Source: Cyanophora paradoxa CCMP329
Lineage: Eukaryota; Plantae; Glaucophyta
Reading direction: 5' to 3'
Assembly: GCA_004431415.1 (NCBI GenBank)
Contig: QPMI01000408.1
Span: 868,001 to 932,000 of the forward strand
DNA length: 64,000 nucleotides
Positions 11,401 to 22,060 of this stretch are shown here, piece by piece (position 1 is the first letter of the stretch; each line of letters opens with the position of its first letter). The translations under genes and the position numbers were made by a program. Under the pieces are notes generated by a model, which was not told where the DNA came from, ran no database searches, and was given only the letters and a program-made list of their open reading frames with translations.

Positions 11401-14400
11401 GGCATCGGCCGTGACCAGATCTAGGGCCTTAAAGCTCGACGGTCTCATCGCGATCGTCTGCCCGGCCGCGGGCCGGCGACGGGTTTTCGCGAGGCCGAGG
11501 CTCGCCGCGAATTCGCTGAGCTCCGGCGACTCGGCGAGACGCCAGCTCAGCGGCTGACAGGCGAGCTATGACCGCCGAGCCGGCGCCCAGGCCCAGGCCT
11601 AGGCCGCCTCGGGGCTCGCGGGGCCCGGCCCGGGGCCGTACGCCCAGGACGCCCATATGCTTCAGGTGAAGGCGTGCGCAATCAGACATCGATTATCGCC
11701 GAGTCGGCTCGGACTCTCGGCTGCAGGCTCTCGGATATCGATTCGCCATATCGCCGAGCCGATTGTCTTGGATGCACGCAAAAATTGGACGCGGATCCGC
11801 TACGTATACGCCCTTAACAGCTTGCTGGCGCTGGCCGAGGCCTTCGGGCAGCCTTCGGGCAAGCCTTCAGGCTGGCCGAGGCCTTCGGGCATCCGCTACG
11901 CCTTTGTCATCGGCAAGCCTTCGGGCAGCCTAGGCCTGGCACCACCGTGGCACGGAGGCGCCAGCTCGAGAGAGCCTCGGGGGCCGCAGTTGCAATCGCA
12001 TTTGAGGCGCCGCGGCGAGCGGTTTCATCTGCTTGCCGCAGTGCGCAGCCTCTCGCATCCGGCGTCCGCTGGGCCACTATAGCTAGCAGCGCCCGCGGCC
12101 AAACACCGATCGGATCCGAGCTCGGAATTTCGAGGCTAGGTGGCGCTCATGATCAGGCCTGCAGCTGGGACTGGGGCCACCAGCTGCAGGCTGGGCCGCA
12201 AGGCCTATGATCATGATCAGCTGGCCCGTACGCGTGGCCAGTGCACGTGGGGCCGCGGATTCACTGGGTCCCGCGGGCCGGCCCGGAGCGCCGGGCCTCA
12301 TGATTGAGACCGTGCGCGTGACCGTGGCTAACGAGTGCCGAGGTGCCGCAGTGCTAGGCGTCGGCGGGCTGAATCAGGGCCACGGTTTGAGTTCGAAACG
12401 GCACTCGCGTGGCCGCGTGATCGCGACTTTCGGCGCCCGCCGGCCACGGGTTGGGAGTCTTGGGACCTAGTTTCGCGCTCGGTCGCGAAAATATGCCGCT
12501 AGCGCTGGGGCGGCGGGCGCAGGCTTAAGAGGACGGCTGCAGCGGGGTTGCGTTCGAGGAGGCTCAGGGCGCCGGCGCCGGCGGTTACGTCCGGCGGTCG
12601 GCTTGTGCAGCCTCGCGCGTCCCGAGTCCGGCGGCCACTCAGCGGCCAGGTCGCCAGCACCGCCGTGGTGCTCGCAGCCAAGCGCGCGCCTATTCGGCGA
12701 GGGTGATGCGCCCGGCGGCCGGCCTCGAGCTCGCCGATCGATATTGCGAGTCGATCGTGGCCGCGGCTGCGCACGCGATCGCGAGGTTCCGGCGCTGTAC
12801 ATGCGCCCGGGCTCGCAGGGCATTCGCTAGATCTCCGAGGCTCATGACCAGCCGCTGAGCCCCAGGCCGCGCTACTGGGCCAGGGCCGCGGGTTGCAGGA
12901 GCTCAAGCGGCAGCTTGGGGGGCCGAGGAGGCTTTTCGCTTCGAATTAGCTGCCACGGGCCGGGTGCCACGGCGCGGGGTAGTCAGCGCTAGCTGCAGTT
13001 GCGATCTGAGTCCGTGCCCAGCTGCCGCAGTCACTGAGTGCAGCTGCAGCTGCAGCCGAGTTCGGTTTGCGAATGCAAAGCGATTTGCAGCCCGCGAAGC
13101 GCGTGGCCGCTGGTTGTGGGGCCCTGGCCAGGAATCGAAGCCGCAGGGGACAGGCTTGGCGCGCGAGGCGCCGCCAGCGGCTGGGCCTTAAGCTTGTAGG
13201 GATCCGTGCTTGGACCCGTGCTTGCTGGGCGTTGCAATTGGATCCGTGCTTGCAACGCCGATCGGCAGCTGCAGCTGTGCACGCAGCGGCAGGCGACGCC
13301 AGCACGGCGCCGTCGGAGTCATTCGAATTTCGCATGCTTCACCGCAAGAAAACTCGTAGGGGTCGAAGGCAAGGGGCCTCCGCGGCCGAGCTCGAGGCTC
13401 GTGCGGGGTGAATTTCCCGGTTTCGCGGGCCGGATCATCGGATCCCCGAAGGGCCCTGCTGCGAAAACGGTATACCATGATAGCCCGGCGGATAAGCAGT
13501 ACGCTGGCAGCTCGCGCTACGGCGGCACTGCGAAAAGCGATTTGAAGTGCACCGTACGCGTGGCACGCCGAGGGCGAGCCATGGGCCTCGCTATAGACCC
13601 TGGCGGCGGCTGCTGCCCAGCCGTGGGTACAATTCGACGGCCGTGCGGGGCACTGGCGTAATGATCGGCCCGGCGGCACTTGGCGGCATGCACGCCCAAC
13701 TTGGCGATCATCGGATCGCGAGCCACGGAGCCCAAGTTCAAGGCTATGAGTGCGAGAGGGGCGTCTTGTGTGCGACCTCTAGATCTAGATCCGATGATCT
13801 GAGACTCGAGATCCGGGCCGGTCACAGGCTCAGCTGTAACGCGGCTTGCAGCCTCAAGGCTTCATGGCCTATAGCTAGGCTTGGTGGCTGAACCTGGGCC
13901 GCAGCGGCGACTCTCCCAGCGAGCTCGAGCTTGAGCCGGCCGGCTTCCCCGCGGCCGGCGCTGACGCTCGTGGCCAGAAGCTTGAGCGAGCCCGGGGCTG
14001 GTGTTTGAGCCCACGAGAAAGCAGCGGCAGCCTGCAGGCAGGTACCCGGTGATGTCCCGGAGCGAGAACCGGAGCTTCTGAAAAGCCTTTGAAGCTCAGC
14101 GGCTCGTGCGAACAGCAAGCTCAGATGGGCTTCATGATCAGGCTAGGGTCCGCTCTCCGAGGGCCCAGGCCCTGAGGGCTCGGGGGACTGAGCTGTGCCT
14201 ACAGTAGCATGTGCAGTGTAATTAAGGCTAGCGCTGGAGCCGGGGTCGCCCGTAGCTAGAGCCTTGAATTCGAAGGCACGTCGCTGGGCCGCGCGCGCAG
14301 CCGGGCCACGAGCTCGAGCTCGCAATCGAGCCTTTGATTTTGCGGCTTGCCCTGTTTGCCCTCACGGCGTCCACTCCCCCTTCTTGCTAGCACCGTCCGC

Positions 14401-16875
14401 GGTGCTTGCAATAGAATCTTGGAGAGAATTCAAGGCGGTGATGCCACTTTTAGCGCGCAGCCTGGCAGCGTGAGGCCTAGGGCCGGCTGCCGCGGCTCAT
14501 GATCAGCAGCTGGTGGTCGCGGCCGGGCCGCGGGATTCACGCCTAGTAGGCCTTGGGCTGGAGCCGGAGCTAGCGCTCGAGCTTGCAATTGGGCCTCGAT
14601 CGATCGCGAGCTCTGTCGACGTCTCCAGGCTTTTGTTTTGCAGCCTTGCCATGCATATGGCAGTACTGGTTGTACATGTGTTCCTGAGCAGCTAGCCGTG
14701 GAGCCTGCCAGGCTGCAGCGGCATGCACGCAGCTCATGATCAGCGGCTGGCATGCATATGCTCCGGATCTGGATCAGAGCTAGGCTCATGCATATGATCA
14801 GTGATCAGGGCCGAACTGATCATGAGTCACCGGTGTACCAGGCGCCGGATAGCTCAGAAATTGCAATTGCAATTGGGCGAGGCCTGCATGCGCAGCTGAT
14901 CATCTCGCGCGGCGCGGTCACCGGGTCACGAGCGCTGCGCGCTGGTCGGCGTGAATTCGAAAAAGCCTCGAGCTCGGAGCTCGAGCTCGTGATCTCAGTG
15001 TTCTGGCCAAGAGTCTGCACTAGCTATAGAGTACAGAGGACATTCTTCACACAAAATTCCGGGGGACATTCTTCACACGAAAAGCTCGCAGCGTAAAGCC
15101 AAGCTTATCGCGCAGAATGTCCACGCTCGGATTCCAGCGTCCTCGCCGTCCACGGTCGAGCACACCCTTTCAAGAAGACAGGCTCACTACGCAGTAGTAG
15201 AGCGCTGCTTCGGGTGGCTAGCGATGCAGCGGTGACTCGAGCAGTCTGCCTCGGTCCCGGTTCGCTTTCTCTCATCTCCATCGTCGGCTGATCAAGCACG
15301 CCCTTTCAAGAAGACAGGCTCACTACGCAGTAGTAGAGCGCTGCTTCGGGCGGCTAGCGATGCAGCGGTGACTCGAGCAGTCTGCCTCGGTCCCGGTTCG
15401 CTTTCTCTCCGGCCGTCGCTCGGTGCCGCAGGCAGCCGAGGTGAGCAAGCTCACATCGCACGAAACCGGAGCAATCTGCCCCCGGATCGTGTTTGCGCTT
15501 TATTTGCGAGAGCAGCACGCCCCAGTCGTAACCGCGCTGAGCCAGAACCTCAGCCCGCGGCCGTGGGCGCCAGGCTAAGCCACGCGGCTGCCCCACGTCT
15601 CCTCCGCTGAAAGATCTGCGTGCGAGCGGCTCGCCGGGCTCTATAGGTGGCCAGCGGCCGCCCGCGCTTAGTGCCGCGCGGCGCGAGCGAGGTCCGCGGC
15701 CGACCCCAGCAGATCAAATCTGCCGACCCCAGCAGATCAAATCTCACGGGCGAGGCGCGGCGCGCACCCCGGGAGGCCGAGCGCGTGCGCAGCGACAGCA
15801 CGGGCCATGATGAACTCGGGCGCGGAGCGAGCGAGGTCCGCGGCCGACCCCAGCAGATCAAATCTGCCGACCCCAGCAGATCAAATCTCACGGGCGAGGC
15901 GCGGCGCGCACCCGGGAGGCCGTGCGCGTGCGCAGCGACAGCACAGGCCATGATGAACTCGGGCGCGGAGCGCCGGGCTCGGGTGCAAGGCTCGCGAGGG
16001 CCAGCACGGCCGATCGACCAGGCTCGATGTACGCCTCGGTCTTGGGCGAGGCTCGCGGGTCGCCGGTCATCGTACAGGTCTTCTTTCGTCTGCGCGAGGC
16101 CGTGCGCGCGGCGCGGCGCCGCAGGGGGCGCGTACTAGCATGGGCATCGAGGTTGTCCCTCCGAGATCCGGACAAGATCTGCGACGTCCGTCGGCGAGGG
16201 CGACGGGAGGGCGCGTCCGACCGCATTTAGCAGTTCTCAAGAGCTAGTTCTACGTTTTCGGTGAGCTGACGGAGAGCCTGCCGGCTCGCTGTGGCTGATC
16301 GCTGTGTGCGTCCCGATCGCATGCCGATCCGGGCTCGCCGGTGCGCGGGGGTCGCCGATCGACGCTGAAATGATGTTCTAGAGCTACTGTCGATGCGCCC
16401 GCATCGCTGCTGGTCGCCGATCGTGCCGGGCTGATGTTGACGATGAACTGCCCACGGGTTGCTCCGTAGGCAGTGGCGCCTGTCGGATAGGAGGATTCCC
16501 ACCCGATTGGGCGCCCGCGCGGTCCAGCGCGGGGCCGGCTCCCTGTGCTGGAGCAGCTGTAGATGCAGGCTGGTGTATTCTCTGTGTACCCGGAAGACTA
16601 CTGACACTGTACCCCTAGGATAGGTAGAGGCAGGCCAGCGTAGGCTACCGCGAGGTAAACCTACAGGAAGAGAGACTATGCTAAGGCACCGTAGACTGCG
16701 TCAGGCACCAACTAGCTCTAGTCACTAAGTCACCGCAAGGCCAGGGAATCGAGCCATGCGACACAAGGCGTTAAATCCAGGAGGTTCGACAGCTCGGTGG
16801 TACACGTCTTTTGAAAATGCGAAGGCCTCTTATTCTGCGCCCAGCAACACGAGGACACTTAGACCGAGACGCTGA
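5370..16875 (+). CDS. rve integrase of element B; frameshift near 5725; C-terminal tail split by LTR insertion (coding 5370-6479 and 16769-16875)
   Basis: YYDP...G N-terminus, EVDLID, VDVVTRKAY, QTDQEF, NGKVERFNGTLK, YNSSEHRAI; removing the LTR element restores ...AGTKALNPGG...RTLRPRR*. Confidence 0.88.
6480..6762 (-). repeat. LTR (3' LTR on minus strand)
   Basis: Appears identical to 16481-16763; TG...CA termini. Confidence 0.93.
6763..6778 (-). promoter_or_regulatory. polypurine tract
   Basis: Minus strand reads TCAGCGGAAGAGGAGT immediately before the LTR. Confidence 0.65.
15159..15408. repeat. direct repeat, period 136 bp, 2 copies
   Basis: AGCAC(A/G)CCCTTTCAAGAAGACAGGCTCACTACGC... at 15159 and 15295. 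Confidence 0.85.
15683..15972. repeat. tandem duplication, period 144 bp, with an internal GCCGACCCCAGCAGATCAAATCT doublet
   Basis: Copies start at 15683 and 15827. Confidence 0.85.
16469..16480 (-). promoter_or_regulatory. possible primer-binding site
   Basis: Minus strand GGCGCCACTGCC directly follows the 5' LTR; resembles tRNA-Asp-type PBS (TGGCGCCGYTGCC) but lacks the initial T. Confidence 0.35.
16481..16763 (-). repeat. LTR (5' LTR on minus strand)
   Basis: Appears identical to 6480-6762. Confidence 0.93.
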
Positions 16876-17137
16876 TTCCAGCGGAAGCTAGGGCACTCTC
16901 AAGTACAGAGATTCGATTTATCAACCGAGTGCGATAGCGCTTGTTTGCCTCGTTGTGAGCATCTTTGTGCGAAGCCTGATATCTGCTGCTCTGCTCAATG
17001 TGTCTCTGGCGATATGCAGGGTCCTCGCTGTATTTTCTGCGGTGGTACTCTGCTTTCTTCTCCCTTCTTGCTTGAATAATCTCTGGCGTAAGAGCAATCG
17101 GTTTGCGCCCTGGTTTGCGACGCTGCGCTGACTCCAT
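16859..17137 (-). CDS. small basic helical protein, putative DNA-binding
   Basis: Homologous to 33037-33372 (TPEIIQARREKKAE vs TPEIVEARRKKRAE); PGRKP/RGRP motif. Confidence 0.7.
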   Translation of the reverse strand: MESAQRRKPGRKPIALTPEIIQARREKKAEYHRRKYSEDPAYRQRHIEQSSRYQASHKDAHNEANKRYRTRLINRISVLESALASAGISVSV

Positions 17138-17224
17138 TTCCCTCTTTCATTTAAGGATCTAAATTATTTAAGCGGTATAAATCGCGCTAGAATCACGAGA
17201 TTTATTTCTATCTTTTAAAGCATC

Positions 17225-17560
17225 ATGGAATCGCCGCTGCGCCTGACAATACTGAGAATTGGGAAATACAAAGGGCATACACACCTTGAAGTTGCTTTCA
17301 GAGATCCATCATATGCTCACTGGTTGTGTCGATGGGCCAGGCTAAGTGATTATGATCGCGCTCAGTTTGTCAAGGCATCTAAGCTAATCCGAGAGACAAA
17401 ACCAGACATTATGTGGGGATTGTACAAAAAAGAAAGAGCTGCTAGGATTGCTCAGGCTGCAGCCCAAAATTCTACGCAGCCACAAAATGTGGAGTTATCA
17501 CCAGCAGATGACCTTGATCTGGACTTATCGATATCAGAGGCGGATGGGCCGGGCTTTTGA
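17225..17560 (+). CDS. hypothetical protein with GKYKG motif (DUF3820/ExoX C-terminal-like)
   Basis: RIGKYKGHTHLEVAFRDPSYAHW; homologue at 33453-33815. Confidence 0.7.
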   Translation: MESPLRLTILRIGKYKGHTHLEVAFRDPSYAHWLCRWARLSDYDRAQFVKASKLIRETKPDIMWGLYKKERAARIAQAAAQNSTQPQNVELSPADDLDLDLSISEADGPGF

Positions 17561-17610
17561 ACTCTGAACTAGGCTTAAAGAGATCGCAATCTCAGATTGT
17601 AAAGAAAGAC

Positions 17611-18180
17611 ATGGAAGTCACAATTCCAGAGGTTCCTGAAGGCGCTGTAGCAATCCCGCTTGGTGGAATTCGCAATCGCCGCAAAGTCATCATTGCTTAT
17701 GCTCTTGTTTCACAGGAAGATGCTGATCGTGTGCTTGGATTTCGCTGGAGTTTAGATAATGGATACGCCAAAACCATCATCAATGGTAAGAAGGTAAGAA
17801 TGCATAATTTCATCAGTGGCGAGTTGGAGAATGGTTTAACTGTTGATCATATAAATCTGAACAAACTTGATAATAGACGCGAAAATTTTCGACTGGCAAC
17901 AAAGCGGCAGCAGACTCTAAACCAGAATCGGCGGGTCACAAACACCAGCGGTTTCATTGGTGTTTCATTCAATCAGCAGCTTGGTAAATGGAAAGCATAC
18001 TATCAGATAAACGGACATCGGAAACACATCGGCTACTATACTACTGCTGAAGCTGCTGCTAAAGCCAGAGACACCTATGCCCTTCATCATACGTCCGCCG
18101 AGGATAAGCCATTTCTGCATCTGAATTTTACAACCGAATCCTCTGGCCACCCATCGCATTCTTCATCTGCGACCCAGTAA
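17611..18180 (+). CDS. HNH endonuclease with AP2 DNA-binding domain
   Basis: VDHINLNKLDNRREN, TSGFIGV, GKWKAY, HIGYYTTAEAAAKARD. Confidence 0.9.
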   Translation: MEVTIPEVPEGAVAIPLGGIRNRRKVIIAYALVSQEDADRVLGFRWSLDNGYAKTIINGKKVRMHNFISGELENGLTVDHINLNKLDNRRENFRLATKRQQTLNQNRRVTNTSGFIGVSFNQQLGKWKAYYQINGHRKHIGYYTTAEAAAKARDTYALHHTSAEDKPFLHLNFTTESSGHPSHSSSATQ

Positions 18181-18760
18181 CATTTGGCTCGAAAACATTT
18201 GGAGTTGCAGGTTTTACTTCGGCAGAGTCAAGCGATTGCTCGGCTTTAGCTTTTTCGTTTTTCAGATACCGCAAATCCGGCACGTCCATGGGTCTGTGCT
18301 TAAACATCTCGCTTCGCAACATCTCGCGGATCTTAGCTCTTTCTTGCTTATCTTTTACATATGATTCGATATTAGCCGACCTCGCTTCTAGATCACGCAA
18401 TTTGGCAGCCAACTCGTCAATCTGACTTTTTGACACTGTTGCTGTCTTGATTTTCGGCCCTGAATAACGTGGTTCAGACGCCATGGCTTGGATAATTCTA
18501 GCAGCATCATCATCAATATCGTACTGCATTTCAGATACAGTTTTGACCTGGCTTTGTCGGTCGTCAACCGCACTGGCATTAGCTGCTGCCGAGGCGATCG
18601 TTTTAGCAACGGGTGCATTAAGACGTGGGTCACTAGCTAGTTCACCGCTAGGAGCAGCAACAGCTGCGCCCTCTGTCGCACCACTTTCGATGAGAGGGGC
18701 GTTTGGCTCTGGGAGCACCCTTCGTTCACGAAAACCCTTTCTTGGAATCCCACGTGGCAT
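18128..18760 (-). CDS. hypothetical viral protein (basic N-terminus, coiled coil)
   Basis: Conserved with 34396-35028, with many synonymous differences. Confidence 0.8.
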   Translation of the reverse strand: MPRGIPRKGFRERRVLPEPNAPLIESGATEGAAVAAPSGELASDPRLNAPVAKTIASAAANASAVDDRQSQVKTVSEMQYDIDDDAARIIQAMASEPRYSGPKIKTATVSKSQIDELAAKLRDLEARSANIESYVKDKQERAKIREMLRSEMFKHRPMDVPDLRYLKNEKAKAEQSLDSAEVKPATPNVFEPNVTGSQMKNAMGGQRIRL

Positions 18761-18769
18761 CTTCTGTTC

Positions 18770-19498
18770 TTATGCTAAGATTTTAAAACGCTTCTTTTTA
18801 GAGATAACAGGCGAAGACTCTTCTTTTTTAGACTCTTCTTCTTGTCTTAGCCATTTAGAGAAACGAAAACTCTTATCTTCAACAGCTTTATCAACATACC
18901 AGGCAGTATCATACTTCGTTCCATCAAGGACTAGGCACTGATAATCATGCGCCCAAGTCTCGAACAAAGCAATAAACTCATCTTTCGGGAGATGACTAAA
19001 TTCTCTATAAATTGCCTCGAGCTCGGTATGATTAGAGTAACTGAAGAAAAAACAATAGTCGGAGTTCGATCTTATAGATTGACTCAATGCTGTAAGCTTT
19101 TGGGTCATAAGAATCGTACTGATATTAAAATGACGACCTTGTGTAAAAAGTCGATTAACGGTCTTGCTATTTCGCAGATCAACAGTTTCAGAGGCAGCAA
19201 CGAGATCATCCAATACAAGCAATATCTGCGGCGCTTTCTTTTTGTTTTCAATCAAATTTCGCTGTGAATCAATGATTTCTGCAACGATAGATGGCTGAAA
19301 ATCGTCGTAAAGCTCTTTAGTTATTGCAGAGTATTCACCATTGAATTTGGTGGCCGTAAACACTACGACGCGATTGATCTTTGGATAAAGCAGTCGAAGC
19401 AAATGCTTTGTGCAATAGAAAGACTTCCCACTATTAGACTTTGAAATGAATAGGGCTTTGAATGGAACCCTCATATCGCTAGGCTGGAACTGATCCAT
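18770..19498 (-). CDS. A32/FtsK-like genome packaging ATPase
   Basis: Walker A SKSNSGKS, Walker B LLVLDD, QGRHFNISTILMTQ, IRSNSDY. Confidence 0.92.
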   Translation of the reverse strand: MDQFQPSDMRVPFKALFISKSNSGKSFYCTKHLLRLLYPKINRVVVFTATKFNGEYSAITKELYDDFQPSIVAEIIDSQRNLIENKKKAPQILLVLDDLVAASETVDLRNSKTVNRLFTQGRHFNISTILMTQKLTALSQSIRSNSDYCFFFSYSNHTELEAIYREFSHLPKDEFIALFETWAHDYQCLVLDGTKYDTAWYVDKAVEDKSFRFSKWLRQEEESKKEESSPVISKKKRFKILA

Positions 19499-19507
19499 CA
19501 AAAAATA

Positions 19508-19536
19508 GTCGGCAGACAAGCTGCCTCGGCTGCGCC
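19508..19536 (+). mobile_element. 29-nt GC-rich hairpin micro-element
   Basis: GTCGGCAGACAAGCTGCCTCGGCTGCGCC between the MCP stop and ATPase start; this sequence is absent from the same spacer in element C. Confidence 0.65.
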
Positions 19537-19560
19537 CAACTACCGAGATTAGCAGATTCT

Positions 19561-20948
19561 CTAGAGGTTAACTTTGCGAAGACCCGCAGCATCAACAATT
19601 AGGACAGTGTGCAGGAGAGCGCGAATTTGGACGTAAATCTTGTTGTTAGCATCATACGCAGCAGGGTTCATGATATTCAGGAAGCAGCTGCTCGAGTTCG
19701 TCAGATCTACGAAACCAGTTTGAGCAGCATTTCGGATCGATTTATCCCCACTAATGCAAAATGGCAAACCAGTCAGAACATATCGATTAAGAGGCGCGTC
19801 GAGATTTGAGCACTTGAAGACATCAGCGATGAGTTCAGCACCTTGCAATAGAGGAACAGGCTCGTTTGAATAAAGCCGCTGGCCATTCAATTCGCAGGAA
19901 ATAGTGATATCACGAGTATTCGCCTCGGTTTTGAGGACACTGTGTTTTCCGTCAGTTTGGTTCATGTTTGGCTGTTTGCGAATGCTAACGAACAGACCGT
20001 AGCAAAGTCCACTGATTTGAGACAGATTAATCCGGGTGGGCGCTCCCGCACCAGCATATGTAATTGAATCAGCATCAACCCAGCCGACATCGGTAGCGGG
20101 AATGGCAATCCCCGAAGATTTGACTTTCTCAATCACCTGGGCAAAAGTGGCCTCATCAACATTGATGCAGTGAGCTATAATCTTCGGATTCGAAAGCTCG
20201 GGTTTTTCAGGAGTGACAGTGAGGACATTGGGAGTTATATTCTGGCCGATGTTTGCAGGGATGCAGCAGCGGCTCCCACGCTCCCGAGTCCATCTTCTTT
20301 AGTCGCATCACCGCCTATGGCATATTCCGTTACAAACCTACCACCATAGCTGGTCTCAACAAAGCCCTGGGCACGATCACGGAACCAAACCTCGACAGAC
20401 ACCTCGCCAGAAAGAGCACCAATTGGGAGCACAGAACCCTCCCATGGACAGGGGATTTTTACACTGAAAATACCTCCAGTGCGATTTGTCCCCTGAGGTG
20501 GTGTTCCATGTAGCCAGCCACCTGACCGGTATTTCTTTTTGAGCTGAGCATCATCATTGAAAATCAGAGCGCTGTGAACAAGCCAGTCCTCAGGGACGAT
20601 GTAGCTGTAGGAAGCATATTTGATTTCAATTCGCTTTACAAGAGCACCAACAGACCGCAGATAACCAGTGCGAACCAGGTCAGTGTCACCAGTAAAAGCG
20701 GTCAGCTCGGGCAGGGTAAACTGGAGTTCAAGCCCCTGAAGGAAATTGTAACGGGGTAGGAAATAAGTAACCCTCTTTCCGAAGCAGTCTCCATAGTCAT
20801 TGCTAGGGTTGACAACGACACGCACAGGCTTTGTTTGGCTGGTTAGACCTAACATAAGCTCGTTATTCATAAAGAAATCCTTAGCTTCCTGCGGAGTTGT
20901 GAGCAGCTCCTTTAGACCAAGACGTTGCAAGTTCTGGGTAACATCCAT
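19561..20948 (-). CDS. double jelly-roll major capsid protein (one frameshift near 20258)
   Basis: FGKRVTYFLPRYNFLQGLELQFTLPEL resembles the NCLDV capsid N-terminus; intact 462-aa copy at 35834-37222 has GGGG where this copy has GGG. Confidence 0.85.
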
Positions 20949-20994
20949 TGAAGTGTTTATAATTCAAACGGAAGAAAATAATTCAGCGCTTAGC

Positions 20995-21078
20995 CGCCGG
21001 CGAGCCAGCTTGGCGCAGCGGTCGCTGTGCGGAGCACAAGTGGCTCCTTGCCTTCGGCTTGTCTGCGACTCTGGCGAC
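20995..21078 (-). mobile_element. nested hairpin micro-elements (26-nt outer, 58-nt inner at 21012-21069)
   Basis: 84 nt absent from element C (CGCTTAGC|TCAGTTTG at 37268); inner copy near-identical to 24915-24971. Confidence 0.8.
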
Positions 21079-22034
21079 TCAGTTTGACGAATCGATCCAA
21101 GGATATGTCTTTGACCTTTTCTGGAGCTGAAGCTTGGCGAGCTCGTAGACAACATCGCCATTGGGTTCATCTGGGCCATAACGAATTTCGAGTATAAATG
21201 AGACAGGACCTCCATTTAAATCAGCAATTCGCTGCATAAAATCGTAAATCTCAATAGTCACAGAGTAGAGGTCCAGCTTTGAATAAATATACTTGTACAA
21301 AGGATGTGCTTCAGTTGAATCATAGTATGCTATCTCGCCTGGACGAAGGACGCTTGGAATGCTCAGCTTCGAGAAGAAGCCAGGTATTGACGTGTTCGGC
21401 ATACTGACAAGGTCACCAATTTCAGGAATTCGTAGGAGCACATGATCATCAGGAGTGACATCAGGCTCATAAGCGCCTGCTATATATTCAGTATTTATAG
21501 ATAATGTCTTTGACCGAATCGGTAGAATTGATCTCAGCCCTAGAAGCTTTGCAGTTCGCTGAGCCCTTGCAACGGCCTGGTAGTTTCTGACTTCCCGCCC
21601 ACCCTGGTTCGTTGGCAACATCAGAGCAATAAAGAACTCGAAGTTAGCTGTGAACCCTATTAATTTGATCGCTGAATTATACGTGCACGTGATACCTGTT
21701 CCCGTCAACCTTTCGTTTATCTCTGTCACAAGCGAGGTGACGTCGTAATTTCCAGGTGGAATTGCAATGTTATTCCACGCTCCAAATCCGGCCTGAGGTG
21801 GGTCGGGTCCTTCATTAGTGGGATCATATTTGCACCAATATATATAGGTGTTAAAGACTAAATCCTCTGCCGGATCGAGTACATCGATTGTGCTCATAGT
21901 GTTGGGATCTCAGCTGATACCAAGCGCACGGCTTTCACATCCTGATAAACTTTAGGCAGTCTTACTTTAAATTTCGAGGTGGATGTCAGCTCCTCCGCTT
22001 GGTGACTTGCAATGCAGACGTAGTCCGTAGGCAT
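21079..22034 (-). CDS. minor capsid/penton-like protein 1 (frameshift near 21906)
   Basis: FKVRLPKVYQDVKAVRLVSAEIPNT, IPPGNY, C-terminal DLNGGPVSFILEI; intact copy at 37269-38225. Confidence 0.8.
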
Positions 22035-22060
22035 CTTTTTATATCAGTTAGAGAATAAAA

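Larger units (their letters stand above)
6480..16763 (-). mobile_element. non-autonomous LTR retroelement (LARD-like), 10.3 kb
   Basis: Two 283-bp direct repeats with TGTCG...CGACA ends; CAAGG duplicated at 6475-6479 and 16764-16768; minus-strand purine tract next to the left LTR; no RT, RNase H or integrase motifs recognised inside. Confidence 0.9.

Noticed and set aside
6680-16607. Many overlapping ORFs in the LTR interior
   Set aside because: Arg/Ala/Pro/Gly-rich frames on both strands are expected at this GC content, and no recognisable domains were found.
17117-17243. Partial micro-element matches (GCGACGCTGCGC, CGCTGCGCC); also GC-rich spacers at about 1025 and 35805
   Set aside because: Only 9-12 nt match and no clean empty site; possible remnants but unsupported.
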